Source of the DNA: Candidatus Moanibacter sp.
GTDB taxonomy: Bacteria; Verrucomicrobiota; Verrucomicrobiia; Opitutales; UBA2987
Assembly (NCBI GenBank): GCA_965215885.1
Contig: CBDCEW010000104.1
Location: forward strand, 276,301-340,300
Reading direction: 5' to 3'
DNA: 64,000 bases
The notes below the pieces were generated by a model. The model ran no database searches and was not told the origin of the DNA. It saw nothing but the letters and a program-made list of their open reading frames with translations. The position numbers were made by a program, and so were the translations under genes. Below are positions 42,330 to 52,647 of this stretch, piece by piece (the first letter of the stretch is position 1; every line of letters begins with the position of its first letter).

Positions 42330-43316
42330 ATGGCGAGGAAATCAAAAAAGCGCGAGGAAGAAGAACCCTCCAAGCTGACCAGTTACACAATCGAACTAGA
42401 CGACGGGCAGATGGATAAGCTGGAGGAGCTTTGTGATCGGCAACTTTATGGATACTATGAGGTCAACTATGCCCGCTTCGCTTTCAAGTCGGAACAAGGC
42501 AAGGTAAACGTCGTAGGGTACAAAAGTGGTAAGGTCGTCATTCAAGGGAAGGGGACGGAGGATTTCGTCCAGAATGTGCTCGAATCGGAAGTCACGGGGG
42601 ATCCCAGACTCGGTTACGAGGAGTTTCATCATCCCGAATGGTTCGAACCTCATGCCGGTCTCGATGAGGCGGGGAAGGGTGATCTTTTTGGCCCCTTGGT
42701 CTCGGCCTGCGTGGTCGCCGACGGTGAGATGGTGCGCGGATGGAGAGAGGCGGGAGTGAAGGACAGCAAGGGCATTACCGACTCATCCATAATAAACCTG
42801 GAAAAGACGATCAAGAAGACGAGGGGAGTTGTGGTAAAGACAGCTTACTGCGGAATGGCTAAGTACAATCAATTGATGGCCAGGCCGAACGCGAATCTTA
42901 ATCGACTGTTAGCCTGGTTGCATGCCCGTTCCCTGGAGAGCGCCTTGGAGAAACGGCGCGTCTCGTGGGGTCTCCTTGACCAGTTCAGCAAGAAGCCTCT
43001 CGTCCAAGGCTATTTCGACGACGAAGATTTCGAACTCAAAATGAGACCCAGAGCCGAGTCCGATCCGGTGGTTGCGGCAGCCTCGATCTGTGCGAGGGCG
43101 GAATTCATCCGGCAGATGTGGGCGCTCTCGAAGCGTTTTGGCACACAACTGCGAAAAGGCGCGGGTGCGGCGGTGAAGGAGCAGGCCGAGGAGTTGGTCG
43201 GCAAACTCGGCGAGGATGCCTTGGGGAATTTTGCCAAGCTCCACTTCAAGACCGCTTATGAAGTCCTGGGCTTGCCCGTGCCCAAGAAGCAGATGAGAAA
43301 GTTCGTAAGACGATGA
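42330..43316 (+). CDS. rnhC: Ribonuclease HIII
   Basis: TBP-like N-domain YKSGKVVIQG, GLDEAGKGD.FGP, DSK, DQF, VAAASI.AR, AKLHFKT. Confidence 0.94.
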   Translation: MARKSKKREEEEPSKLTSYTIELDDGQMDKLEELCDRQLYGYYEVNYARFAFKSEQGKVNVVGYKSGKVVIQGKGTEDFVQNVLESEVTGDPRLGYEEFHHPEWFEPHAGLDEAGKGDLFGPLVSACVVADGEMVRGWREAGVKDSKGITDSSIINLEKTIKKTRGVVVKTAYCGMAKYNQLMARPNANLNRLLAWLHARSLESALEKRRVSWGLLDQFSKKPLVQGYFDDEDFELKMRPRAESDPVVAAASICARAEFIRQMWALSKRFGTQLRKGAGAAVKEQAEELVGKLGEDALGNFAKLHFKTAYEVLGLPVPKKQMRKFVRR

Positions 43317-44101
43317 GAATGGAACCGTGGGAGTTCGATCTCGATGCGATGGAGGATTTCGATTGTGTCATAGGAGTCGATGAAGCAGGCCGTGGCGCCC
43401 TGGCAGGCCCTGTGGTGGCGGGAGCTGTCTGTCTGAGAAGAGAGTTCTACGAGACGGAGTGGTGCCGGCGCCATTCCGGCAGGGTTGATGATTCCAAAAA
43501 GCTAAACTGCAGCCGGCGCGAATGCCTTTTTGCCGAAATCATGCTGCTGAAAAGGGAGGGGATGCTTATGGCGGAGACCGGGGTCGCCGGAGTGGCGGAG
43601 ATTGAGAAGGAGAATATTCTCGGGGCCACGCGTACGGCAATGCGGCGCGCCCTGGAAGCCATTGCCGCTTCAGGTTTAGACGCTGGTGATATCCCGGTGG
43701 CGGGTCCGAGAGATTCCCTCTTTGTGGAGGCCCACGAAGAGTGCGTTGAGCGAAGAATGGAGAGGGGCTATGCTGGCTCAGGGATTCGCATCCTGATCGA
43801 CGGTAGACCGTTACGTCCATTCCCTTACCGGCATGATGGCATCGTTAAGGGTGACAGCAAGTCTCTCGCCATTGCGATGGCTTCGATTGTAGCAAAAGTT
43901 AATCGTGACAGCCTGATGTGCAAACTTGATCGCGAATATCCACAGTTTGCGTTCGCAGAACATAAGGGGTACGCCACGCTGAAACATCAGGCTGCGATTC
44001 TAAATTACGGGCCTTCTCCGGTGCACCGGCCAACTTTTCTGCGTAAACTGCTGGCAGCCGATGCGCGCGAAACTCAACTGGACTTGCAGTTTGCGAAATG
44101 A
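43313..44101 (+). CDS. rnhB: Ribonuclease HII
   Basis: GVDEAGRG.LAGPVVA, DSKKL, IDG, KGD, ASIVAKV.RD, HKGY.T..H, HR.TF. Confidence 0.96.
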   Translation: MRMEPWEFDLDAMEDFDCVIGVDEAGRGALAGPVVAGAVCLRREFYETEWCRRHSGRVDDSKKLNCSRRECLFAEIMLLKREGMLMAETGVAGVAEIEKENILGATRTAMRRALEAIAASGLDAGDIPVAGPRDSLFVEAHEECVERRMERGYAGSGIRILIDGRPLRPFPYRHDGIVKGDSKSLAIAMASIVAKVNRDSLMCKLDREYPQFAFAEHKGYATLKHQAAILNYGPSPVHRPTFLRKLLAADARETQLDLQFAK

Positions 44102-44511
44102 GTAGGACGGGTATCGTATTACCTCGTGGGGGAGTCGTTCTGGGGCTCGGTATAGACATTATTGAAGTGGAGCGGGTCAAAGGGGTTCACGATCGCTTCG
44201 GCGAACGTTTCCTCGCACGGATTCTCACACTGGAAGAGCGCAACTATTGTTTCACTATGAAAAATCCCTATCCACATTTGGCGGCAAGATTCGCCGCCAA
44301 GGAGGCTATCTCCAAGGCATTTACTACGGGTATAGGAAGGCACCTTAAGTGGACCTCCACCTCAATTCATAATGGTGAACGCAATGAGCCTCTCGTTATA
44401 CTGGATGAGAGAGCTACCGCGCTCCTCAGGGAGATTGGCGGAACGGGTGTGCTTGTCTCCTTATCCCATACCAACGTCTATGCCAACGCCGTCGCTGTCG
44501 TTGTAAAATAG
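44098..44511 (+). CDS. acpS: Holo-ACP synthase
   Basis: GLGIDIIE, LAARFAAKEA.SKA, VSLSH. Confidence 0.95.
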   Translation: MSRTGIVLPRGGVVLGLGIDIIEVERVKGVHDRFGERFLARILTLEERNYCFTMKNPYPHLAARFAAKEAISKAFTTGIGRHLKWTSTSIHNGERNEPLVILDERATALLREIGGTGVLVSLSHTNVYANAVAVVVK

Positions 44512-44672
44512 ATCGGTCGGAGAACTGATATGTTTCCGTTGAAAAGGGCGCAATATCGGAACTTGCAACCACGTTCTTGCGAACGCGGCTACATATATCA
44601 ACGACTTACTGAGCACCGTAGCCGCCCCGCTCAGCAGGACAAGAACGTGAGGATTTTTCGGAAGAATCTGAA

Positions 44673-46252
44673 ATGAATATTGAGAGGCACACCCATCCCA
44701 TATTGACGTGCGAGGCCGCAATGGCGCTGGAGACGAAGTTGCTGGGGGGCGACGAGAAAAAGGAGTGGGCAGCGATGAAGAGAGCGGGGAGAGTAATGGG
44801 TAGGTCCCTTATAGAGGACTTTGAGGAGTACGGGCCGTTTCCTCAGCGTCCAAGAATACTGATTCTGGCGGGAAAGGGGCACAATGCCGGTGATGCTGTA
44901 TTGGCCGCTGATGAGATTTTTGCGGAGCGGGCCCGGGCGAGGATCAGCGTGGTATTCGTTTTCGGCGACAAGAGTCTGAAGCCGCTGCTGCGAAGAGCGT
45001 TGGAGGGACTGCTTAAGAGGGCAAATGGGAACATTGAAGTGTCGGCTTATAGAGGTGGCGCGAGGATTCGATGGGACGTCTCCAGAATGTAGATTGGGAC
45101 ATTTGTATCGACGGCATCCTGGGGATGCAGTTCAGACCGCCCCTCCGTTCACCCGGTGATGCGGTGATAGAGTGGATCAATGAGAGTGAAAAGATTGGTA
45201 TTCGAGCGGCCGTTGATCTTCCGAGCGGAGTGGGAGATGAATCGGGAAAGCAATGTTTTCGAGCTGATTTCACCTATGCCACCGGTATTGCGAAAGCGCC
45301 ACTTTTTGAGCCGGGTAATGCACGTGCGGTGGGAAGAATCCGATACGCCGATATAGGATTCTTCAATGAGAGCGGTGAGATGGGGAGGGAATCCCGTGTC
45401 TTGTTGCCGTCGGTTCTAAACAGGCTCAAGCGATTGCGTGAGCCGCAGACGGACAAGCGCTCCTATGGGCATCTGTATGCCGTAGGAGGCTCGCGATCCA
45501 TGCCTGGAGCGATCCAGATGGCGGTTCGCGCCGCCCTTAAGAGCGGAGTGGGTTTGTTAACCGCGTTTGTTCCCGAGTCGGTTGCGGCAACCTTTGCGGG
45601 GGTTCTTCCCGAAGCCATGTGGGTGCCATTTCCTGAGGCGCCGGAGGGCGGCCTCGCACTGGAAGGATATGACCTTCTGAGAGAGCGCCTGGATCGAGCG
45701 ACGGCGCTTGTAATTGGGCCGGGAATGGGTCGAAAGCCGGAAACGTCAGCGTTGATCAGTAAGATCGTAAGAGAGATTTCTCTGCCTGTGGTCCTCGACG
45801 CCGATGCCTTGTTGCCGGAAGTGATGGAGGCGGTAAAGGAACGGCCAACCGGCGCGGGTGCGGTGGTAGTCACTCCGCATTTGGGCGAATTTAATCGACT
45901 GGTGTCAAAATCCGGAGAGGTCATCGCGGAGGAGGATTTAAGACAGTTCTGCAATGAGTTTAACTTTGTGACGATTCTGAAAGGCCCGACGACACGGGTC
46001 AGTGACGGCTCGAGGGTCATTTACAGCTGTTTCGGGGGGCCTATCCTGGCCAGGGGTGGAAGTGGAGATATACTGAGCGGATTGACGGGTAGTTTGTTGG
46101 CTCGCCCGGGCGCGGATCCGCTGTTGTCGGCTTGTCAATCTGTGGCACTACATGGACGGGCCGCCGATTTGCTGGGGCGAGCACGAGGGCAGATGGCTGT
46201 GAGCACAACGGATTTACTCGATTTCCTGGCTCCCGCGGTGCGCAATGTCTAA
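44673..46252 (+). pseudogene. nnr: Bifunctional NAD(P)HX epimerase/dehydratase, frameshifted near 45053-45092
   Basis: GKGHNAGD in frame 1; DGILG, AVDLPSG, K..YG, IGPG.G, VLDADAL, TPH.GEF, GGSGD.L.G in frame 2. Confidence 0.85.
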
Positions 46253-47375
46253 GTCATTGAGTTTGACTCAGGCGCTTATGGTCCTGAACGGACTGCCCAA
46301 TATCGGCCCGATTTCTCTCAATCGGTTACTTGATCGATTCGAAGGAGATGCGCTCAAGGTGCTGGAGGCGGTTCCGAGACAGTTGAAGGAGGTTGAAGGA
46401 GTAGGGGAGATCACTGCGAACTCAGTCAGTAATTGGCAGGAGCATTTCAATCTCGATCGCGAAGAGACCCTGCTTGAGAAGCACGGGGCGACCTTTGTCA
46501 CCTCTCTCGACAGTGATTATCCAGGAGCATTGAAGAACATTCACGACCCTCCTATCGGGATGTATTTTCTGGGAAAATATCGCGTGCAGGATCCGAGTGT
46601 GGCAATAGTCGGAACGCGGCGACCGACACTCTACGGCAGGGGGGTAGCGACACGGCTCGCCTCGGAGCTCGCAAGGATGGGGTTTTGTGTGGTGAGTGGG
46701 ATGGCCCGGGGGATTGATACGGAGGCGCATCGCGGTTGTCTGCGCACCGGAGGTAAGACTGCGGCGGTGATGGGTTGCGGTCTGGATATCATCTACCCTC
46801 CGGAGAACCTCGATCTGTATCGGGAAATCAGCAGGGTAGGTGCCGTATTGAGTGAATTTCCCTTTGGCCGGCGAGCGGATAGACAGACATTTCCAATGCG
46901 CAATCGGTTAGTTTCAGGTTTGTGTATGGCCACGGTGGTGGTGGAGAGCGACGTGCACGGCGGAAGCATGATAACAGCGCGATTCGCTGGAGAACAGGGT
47001 AGGCAGGTATTTGCCGTACCCGGAAGAATCGATCAGGCAGCCAGTCGGGGTTGCAATCGGCTGATCCGGGATGGAGCGATTCTTTTAGCCTCAGTGGATG
47101 ACATCCTTGAAGAATTCAATTATCTCGGTTTGTTGGAGAAGGAAGGGAGGGGAGAATCCGGTAGCGAAAGCTCCTCTTCGGTTAGATTCGAGGAGTTGAA
47201 TGAAACTCAGAAACTCATTCTTCAGTGTTTCGAGGGCGGCGCGGAACTGAATCCGGACAGCCTCGCGGAGCTTACTTCTCTGAACGCGCCCGAAGTCGCT
47301 TCGAATTTGATGACTCTCGAGTTGAAACGCTTCCTCGTTAAACGGGCGGATGGCTCATACGAGCGGACTTTTTAG
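46245..47375 (+). CDS. dprA: DNA-processing protein DprA
   Basis: AIVGTR, VSGMARGID..AH, FP.RNR.VSG, G.MITA, GR.VFAVPG, C-terminal winged helix. Confidence 0.96.
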   Translation: MSKSLSLTQALMVLNGLPNIGPISLNRLLDRFEGDALKVLEAVPRQLKEVEGVGEITANSVSNWQEHFNLDREETLLEKHGATFVTSLDSDYPGALKNIHDPPIGMYFLGKYRVQDPSVAIVGTRRPTLYGRGVATRLASELARMGFCVVSGMARGIDTEAHRGCLRTGGKTAAVMGCGLDIIYPPENLDLYREISRVGAVLSEFPFGRRADRQTFPMRNRLVSGLCMATVVVESDVHGGSMITARFAGEQGRQVFAVPGRIDQAASRGCNRLIRDGAILLASVDDILEEFNYLGLLEKEGRGESGSESSSSVRFEELNETQKLILQCFEGGAELNPDSLAELTSLNAPEVASNLMTLELKRFLVKRADGSYERTF

Positions 47376-48069
47376 GGGAATGTTCTAATCCCGTAACTTC
47401 ATGCAATGTGCGGACATTGAATTGACCGCGGATGACACGGATTTACACGGATGGGAAAGCGCGAATTTGGAGTGTAATATGTTGGAATTCAAGATAGTGA
47501 GGTCGCCAAGGTATGGGTCCCGCTGAGCGGGATTGCGACAAGGTTACTAGCGATTTAGGAGTTTCCTCCGCAATCCGATCAAGAATGTCCTGGCAATTAA
47601 CCTGCTCAGGGTACAATGCAGCAAACCTGGTCGCAAGACACATCGGGAACGATGTCGGCATGGAATCGAAGTTTTCAGGTCTCGACGTGCCTGGAGGATC
47701 GCATGTTCAATCAATCCGCGGTGTTCTCGAATCCGTGGGCTACTCTTTCTCTCTTATTCCTCTTCGTTTCCTTCTGTTCAATTCTCTGTGGTCCTCTTTG
47801 GTTCTCGGTGGTGCTCTGTGTCCCCTCTTCTGTTTTTTCGGCTTTCCAGTTTGTTTGAGGTCGTAGGCTGCTTTAGATATCTGGTCTTCCTCAAGATGCA
47901 ATCGTCGCCCTGAGATGGGAGTGGAAGGACTCGAACCTTCATCTGCCCGTTCGTAGCGGGCTGCTCTTCCTTTGAACTACACTCCCGTATTGGCGCCCAT
48001 GACGGGAAGTCCGACAGAAAACTGAGGTAGTCCGTCAAGGGATTTTTTGAGTTTTTTCTCATGTTGTGT

Positions 48070-49380
48070 TTACAAGGCGTTGGCATTTGCTTGCTGAAGT
48101 CTTTTCCACACCGGTGAACCGGTGCGTTGGAGCGATTGGAGATACTTTTGCTCATCGTAGCGTTCGCTATTTTGCCAACAGCGAAACAGAATGCGGGTCC
48201 ACTTGAGAGCGAGGGCACGAAGAATGGTTTGGCGGGGTTTGCCCTGTTCTTTTTTGATCTGGTAAAAGGCCTTTGCCCAGGCACAGTTTCGGATCGAATG
48301 TTCGGCAAATTCAACGAAACTTTGCCGCACGAAGGTAGGAGCCGCCCACCGCCAGTTGACCATTCGTTTCGGTTGTCCGGTTCTTTTGTCCTGCCCGCTG
48401 TTGATCGTGACCGGAGCGGATCCATTCCACTGGGTCATGTTCTGGGCCGTTTCGAAGTGCGAACGATCGGTCCCGAACGCGCACAGCAACCGGGGACTCA
48501 TGACCTCGCCGGCTCCGGGAATGCCACTGAACACGGCTGCATCGGGATGGCTTCTGAATAGCTCCCTGATACGCTTCTCATACGCTTTGATCTGCGGGCA
48601 CAGGGTCAAAAGCTGTCCGGCCAACGTCTGTGCTTTTCTGCTGGATGCTTCAATGATGGCTGCATCTTCGGTCAAGGCTCGTGCGTTACCGATCAATTCG
48701 AGACGCTCCTGGATTTTGGCGTCACTGCGACAGTTGTGCTTATAGAAGAACTTTCGCAAGACACCCTCCGATGCTCTGTGCAGCTTCTTGAGGGTCGGCC
48801 AACGCAATATAAAGTGCAGGCACAGGCCACTGCCTAGATCATCGAACAATTTCAAGACCAAAGGGTTATATTGCTTCAGACAACTGCCCAACTGCTGTTC
48901 GAGGCTGGTAGCCTGATCGACGAATCCACGGCGGTCCTCGCACAACAGGTTCAGCTCCCGTGTTTGGGCCGTGTCAGGTATGAAACATTTGGTAAAAAGC
49001 TCGGGATGTTTGAGGAAAAACTCCGCGTGTATTTGCGCATCGACCGGGTCGCTCTTGGCCCCTGATGGATACAGCGCCCGGCGATAATCCTTCGCCCTGG
49101 CCGCATGCACTGGATAGATATCGACAAACTCCAAGCCCATCAGAAAGTTGATCAACCCTCCTCGCTTCTGGTCCACCACCATGGCCATGCGCTTGCCCAC
49201 GCTGGCATACTTTTCTCTCATCTCTACGGCAAATTCGTGCAAGCTGACCGCATCCTGCGCCACCTGTCGATGGGTCCCTTTTCCCGTTTCGCTCTCTATG
49301 ATCCACAGATCGTTTTTCTGATCCGCCCAATCAATTCCTATCACCACACTATATCGATTTGTTTTTTCCCTTTTCTGCAT
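48070..49380 (-). CDS. IS110-family recombinase/transposase
   Basis: Protein identical to 4850-6160. Confidence 0.95.
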   Translation of the reverse strand: MQKREKTNRYSVVIGIDWADQKNDLWIIESETGKGTHRQVAQDAVSLHEFAVEMREKYASVGKRMAMVVDQKRGGLINFLMGLEFVDIYPVHAARAKDYRRALYPSGAKSDPVDAQIHAEFFLKHPELFTKCFIPDTAQTRELNLLCEDRRGFVDQATSLEQQLGSCLKQYNPLVLKLFDDLGSGLCLHFILRWPTLKKLHRASEGVLRKFFYKHNCRSDAKIQERLELIGNARALTEDAAIIEASSRKAQTLAGQLLTLCPQIKAYEKRIRELFRSHPDAAVFSGIPGAGEVMSPRLLCAFGTDRSHFETAQNMTQWNGSAPVTINSGQDKRTGQPKRMVNWRWAAPTFVRQSFVEFAEHSIRNCAWAKAFYQIKKEQGKPRQTILRALALKWTRILFRCWQNSERYDEQKYLQSLQRTGSPVWKRLQQANANAL

Positions 49381-49413
49381 CCCTTTGTTCCTTTAGTTTG
49401 TCTTTTTGCTTTT

Positions 49414-49580
49414 TTCAAAGGCACTGGATGTCCAGGCGAAGTCCTTATAGTTGGATCCTGTTATGAGGATGTAAACTGAGTGTTCGTTTTCGGTCATCCA
49501 GGCAGGCCGTCCACTCGAAATTCTGTCGGAAGTCCTCTTCGGACTGATTCCTAAGTTCGTAGTGGACGGCTGCCTTTGAA
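49414..49580 (-). ncRNA. IS110 bridge RNA core, copy 2
   Basis: Reverse complement of 4650-4816. Confidence 0.83.
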
Positions 49581-49741
49581 TATTTTCACCCTTAGCCAAA
49601 CAAACTCTTTGACCCATCGCCAACCACTGATCGGCCAAGTTATTCACAAAGGGGCCTCGCCGAGTTTTTCCTGCGGCTCCACTCGGCCCCTTGGATGAAT
49701 AACCTGGAGCTACTATAAGATTCCTGGATGACAAGGGCAGG

Positions 49742-49816
49742 TGGGTTGACCAAAGGGAATCGAACCCTTATCCCCGCAATCACAATGCGGTGCTCTGCCG
49801 TTGAGCTATGGCCAAC
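49742..49816 (-). tRNA. tRNA-His (GUG)
   Basis: G(-1)-TTGGCCA/TGGTCAA-C-CCA acceptor, GCTC/GAGC D stem, CCGCA-TTGTGAT-TGCGG anticodon arm, AAGGG-TTCGATT-CCCTT T arm. Confidence 0.93.
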
Positions 49817-49839
49817 ATGAATTGATGCAACCGGAACAT

Positions 49840-49872
49840 AAAAAAACCCAGGCTGCACAATGCTGCCTGGGT
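49840..49872 (-). terminator. Intrinsic terminator upstream of tRNA-His (attenuator-like)
   Basis: Minus strand ACCCAGGCAGCA-TTG-TGCAGCCTGGGT followed by a T run. Confidence 0.8.
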
Positions 49873-49900
49873 CTTTGGAAACGCTTTATTTACTCTTTTT

Positions 49901-50038
49901 CTATTTCAATTTTAAGAAGGGAGAATTAAGCGAGCCATGCCAGGCAGCATGGGAATAGGTATCCCTATGCAGCTGAAATCGATTCCGCCGCATGAGGCTC
50001 GCCACGTGACAATTTGTGCTTGGTGATGATTTTTCCAT
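49901..50038 (-). CDS. Putative leader peptide (MEKSS...HRDTYSHAAWHGS...; alternative ATG at 49993)
   Basis: Short ORF ending ~28 nt before the terminator and overlapping the antiterminator arm. Confidence 0.4.
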   Translation of the reverse strand: MEKSSPSTNCHVASLMRRNRFQLHRDTYSHAAWHGSLNSPFLKLK

Positions 50039-50476
50039 TGCAGAAATCTGAATAAGGTTTGCGAACTGTCGTGTTTTCCGTGCCGCCGTCAAGACAGAAT
50101 GTTTATCGAAAGCAGCTAATCGACCGTTGACTACGATTATGACAACGACGTTCGAGTGGATCTCTCTCCAAACCTAATGGTAGTCGAATATCGAGTGCGG
50201 CTCACCGACTAACATCCTTAATCTTGAATCGTAAACGCTTAACTGATCACTTCCTTCGATTCGAACAACCCGATCACGCTGTTCGCAACATTCTAAGCCA
50301 GCCACCCTGTAATGCCAGTGACCGTTGGTGGCCGGGTTCTTGACGGACTCTGTAAGGGAGAGGTTGTGGTTTGTCGGTGTGTGGTGCGCCGTAATAGGTT
50401 GTAGGATCTTTCTTAAGTCGCGCTCGTCCTCGTAATCGTTCTCGAATTAGAGAGAAACCTATTTTGGAAATTCGCA

Positions 50477-50509
50477 CTTAATTAACATTTAACAAAAATG
50501 TTAATTAAG
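50477..50509. repeat. AT-rich perfect palindrome, 14-bp arms, AACAA spacer
   Basis: CTTAATTAACATTT-AACAA-AAATGTTAATTAAG. Confidence 0.85.
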
Positions 50510-50581
50510 AGTGCTGTTAATTTTGGAAGGGCGATATAGTGACACTTGAACTCTTGCGGAAGGGTGGTTCTTAGAGTGTTG

Positions 50582-50929
50582 CTAACCGGGAGGCCAGGTC
50601 ATCTGGCGGCCGGCCAGGAGGTGAACATGGAGATGGGGGACGCTCTCTCCCCCATGGGGGCCGTTGTTGATGACGACGCGGAAACCCTTCGCGAAATCAC
50701 CCCTGTTTGCGATCGTTCGCGCTACCAAAAGAAGGTGACCGAGAATCTCCTTGTCGTCGTCATGGGCTTCACCGAGACGCGAAATCACCTTCTTGGGTAT
50801 GACGAGAATATGGGTGGGCGCCTGCGGGTTAAGATCATGTATGGCTATACAGTGATCGTCTTCAAATTCTATATCGGCGGGTATTTCGCGTTCAATGATC
50901 TTTTCGAAAATGGTCTTTTCTTGTGTCAT
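50582..50929 (-). CDS. hinT: Histidine triad nucleotide-binding protein
   Basis: [34 protein letters not shown]. Confidence 0.95.
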   Translation of the reverse strand: MTQEKTIFEKIIEREIPADIEFEDDHCIAIHDLNPQAPTHILVIPKKVISRLGEAHDDDKEILGHLLLVARTIANRGDFAKGFRVVINNGPHGGESVPHLHVHLLAGRQMTWPPG

Positions 50930-51393
50930 GTCTCGTAATGATGAGGGCGGTCAAGTTTTGAAATCTCAGCTTCCATTTCCGATATGTCCCGGAAGTCCTT
51001 ATATACACTTGCGAATCTCACGTAGGCGATTTGATCGATCGCTTTGAGTTTTGCCATGACGCGTTCCCCAATCGCCTTGCTAGGTATTTCCAAATCAAAC
51101 TCGCTCTCAAGTTCGACAAGCGCATCGGAGATGAGCATGTCGATTTGCTCGAGATCAATTGGGCGTTTCTCGCAGGCACGGCGAATACCGTTGAGTATCT
51201 TGCCGCGGTCAAACTCTTCCCGGCGATCATCCGATTTGATAACGACAAGGTCTTCCCGCATGACCTCCTCCAGCGTTGTGAAACGGTAATCGCACTCGCT
51301 GCATTGCCGCCGCCGCCGGATAGACAGGCCGTTTTTACCGATTCGTGAATCGATAACCCGTGTCTCTCGGGTGGAACATCTGGGACAGCGCAT
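50926..51393 (-). CDS. nrdR: Transcriptional repressor NrdR
   Basis: MRCP.C, V.DSR, RRRR.C..C..RFTT.E, ATP cone, AYVRFASVY. Confidence 0.97.
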   Translation of the reverse strand: MRCPRCSTRETRVIDSRIGKNGLSIRRRRQCSECDYRFTTLEEVMREDLVVIKSDDRREEFDRGKILNGIRRACEKRPIDLEQIDMLISDALVELESEFDLEIPSKAIGERVMAKLKAIDQIAYVRFASVYKDFRDISEMEAEISKLDRPHHYET

Positions 51394-51431
51394 GGGGGAG
51401 GAAGAACGGTTTTAGGTTAGCGGTTGTGGGT

Positions 51432-51585
51432 TGTTCAGTGTTCAGTGTTCAGTGTTCAGTGTTCAGTGTTCAGTGTTCAGTGTTCAGTGTTCAGTGTTCA
51501 GTGTTCAGTGTTCAGTGTTCAGTGTTCAGTGTTCAGTGTTCAGTGTTCAGTGTTCAGTGTTCAGTGTTCAGTGTTCAGTGTTCAG
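51432..51585. repeat. Heptamer tandem repeat (TGTTCAG)x22
   Basis: 154 bp of perfect 7-mer between trpG and nrdR. Confidence 0.97.
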
Positions 51586-51637
51586 TGGAGGCTGCACGAT
51601 AGAGTGTTTGGAAAAGTAAAGGGGAAATTCGGAGTAA

Positions 51638-52201
51638 CTAGAGATTAAGAAAGTTCTGGAGGATTTTTATGCCGTTCGTTGTGGCGAGGGACTCGGGGTG
51701 AAACTGGACTCCCCATATGGGAAGTTCGCGGTGCTTGAAGGCCATTATTTCATTTTCTGGAGTATCAGCGGTAATTTCGAGACATTCCGGAAAAGAGGGA
51801 CGATGAAGGATGAGAGAGTGGTAACGTGTAGCGGAAAATGGTGATTCCAGACCGTCGAACAAGGCGGAGCGATCGTGCCTTATGGGTGATAATTTTCCGT
51901 GCATTATGCGGTCGGCAGAAATAACGCGAGCGCCGAAATGCTGGCCGATGCACTGATGACCGAGACATACACCAAGTAGCGGCGTTCTTCCGGCAAATGC
52001 AGCTATGATCTCGAGGCTGTTTCCCGCTTCATCGGGGGTGCAGGGTCCCGGCGAAACGACAACGCGCTCGGGATTGAGAGCGACTGCTTCCTCTTTCGAG
52101 ATCGCGGTATTACGCACCACTTTCTGTTCCACTCCGAGTTCTCCGAAGTACTGCACAAGGTTGTAAGTAAAAGAGTCGAAGTTATCGATTACCAGCAACA
52201 T
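51638..52201 (-). CDS. trpG: Anthranilate/aminodeoxychorismate synthase component II (glutamine amidotransferase)
   Basis: [41 protein letters not shown]; could be pabA. Confidence 0.93.
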   Translation of the reverse strand: MLLVIDNFDSFTYNLVQYFGELGVEQKVVRNTAISKEEAVALNPERVVVSPGPCTPDEAGNSLEIIAAFAGRTPLLGVCLGHQCIGQHFGARVISADRIMHGKLSPIRHDRSALFDGLESPFSATRYHSLILHRPSFPECLEITADTPENEIMAFKHRELPIWGVQFHPESLATTNGIKILQNFLNL

Positions 52202-52647
52202 AGGAAATAGTATGGTGGCAGGAATGCGGCTTGAGTCAAGTTTGGGAGAGATGCCCGCTAAAGACGCGAAAATACGCGAAAGGGGGATTTTTAGCGGTGA
52301 AGGGGGTTGCAAACAAGGAGGCGAGTGGACAGATTAAAGGTATGGGAACTTTCTACAGCAGGCAGCCGATAGTTTCTCGACATTTCGACAAAGCTTGCGA
52401 CGACGAATTTCGAGGATCCTCCGTCGTGATCATAGTCGTGATCTAAAGTCGACCCGTCTCCGCTACTCCCGCAAAGCGGGACGAGGCAGGCAAGGTGCGG
52501 GTCAAGGCATGGATTGCTTCGTCATTCTTCCTCGCAATGACAGTCGAATATTCCTTCGGTTTAATCCCGAACTTCCTTTGTCGTAAGTCCCGCTGAGCGC
52601 ATTTGCGTTAACTTTGTCGACAGGGAGATTGCACATCCCGCTGGGCG

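Larger units (their letters stand above)
48016..49719 (-). mobile_element. IS110-family element copy 2
   Basis: Same length as copy 1, identical protein, one visible SNP (4644 C vs A); flanks CAGGAAT-CT...CT-GTCGG on the minus strand. Confidence 0.92.

Noticed and set aside
47420..47830. CACGGAT/ATCCGTG and CTCTGTG repeats, possible gene remnant
   Set aside because: Too degenerate to assign a gene or element boundaries
49720..49742. tRNA-His as an integration site for an island
   Set aside because: No duplicated tRNA 3' end or integrase; the adjacent IS110 is explained by its own target motif
51360..51648. ORFs with VFSVQCS repeats; possible CRISPR array
   Set aside because: Translation artefacts of the heptamer VNTR; no spacers and no cas genes
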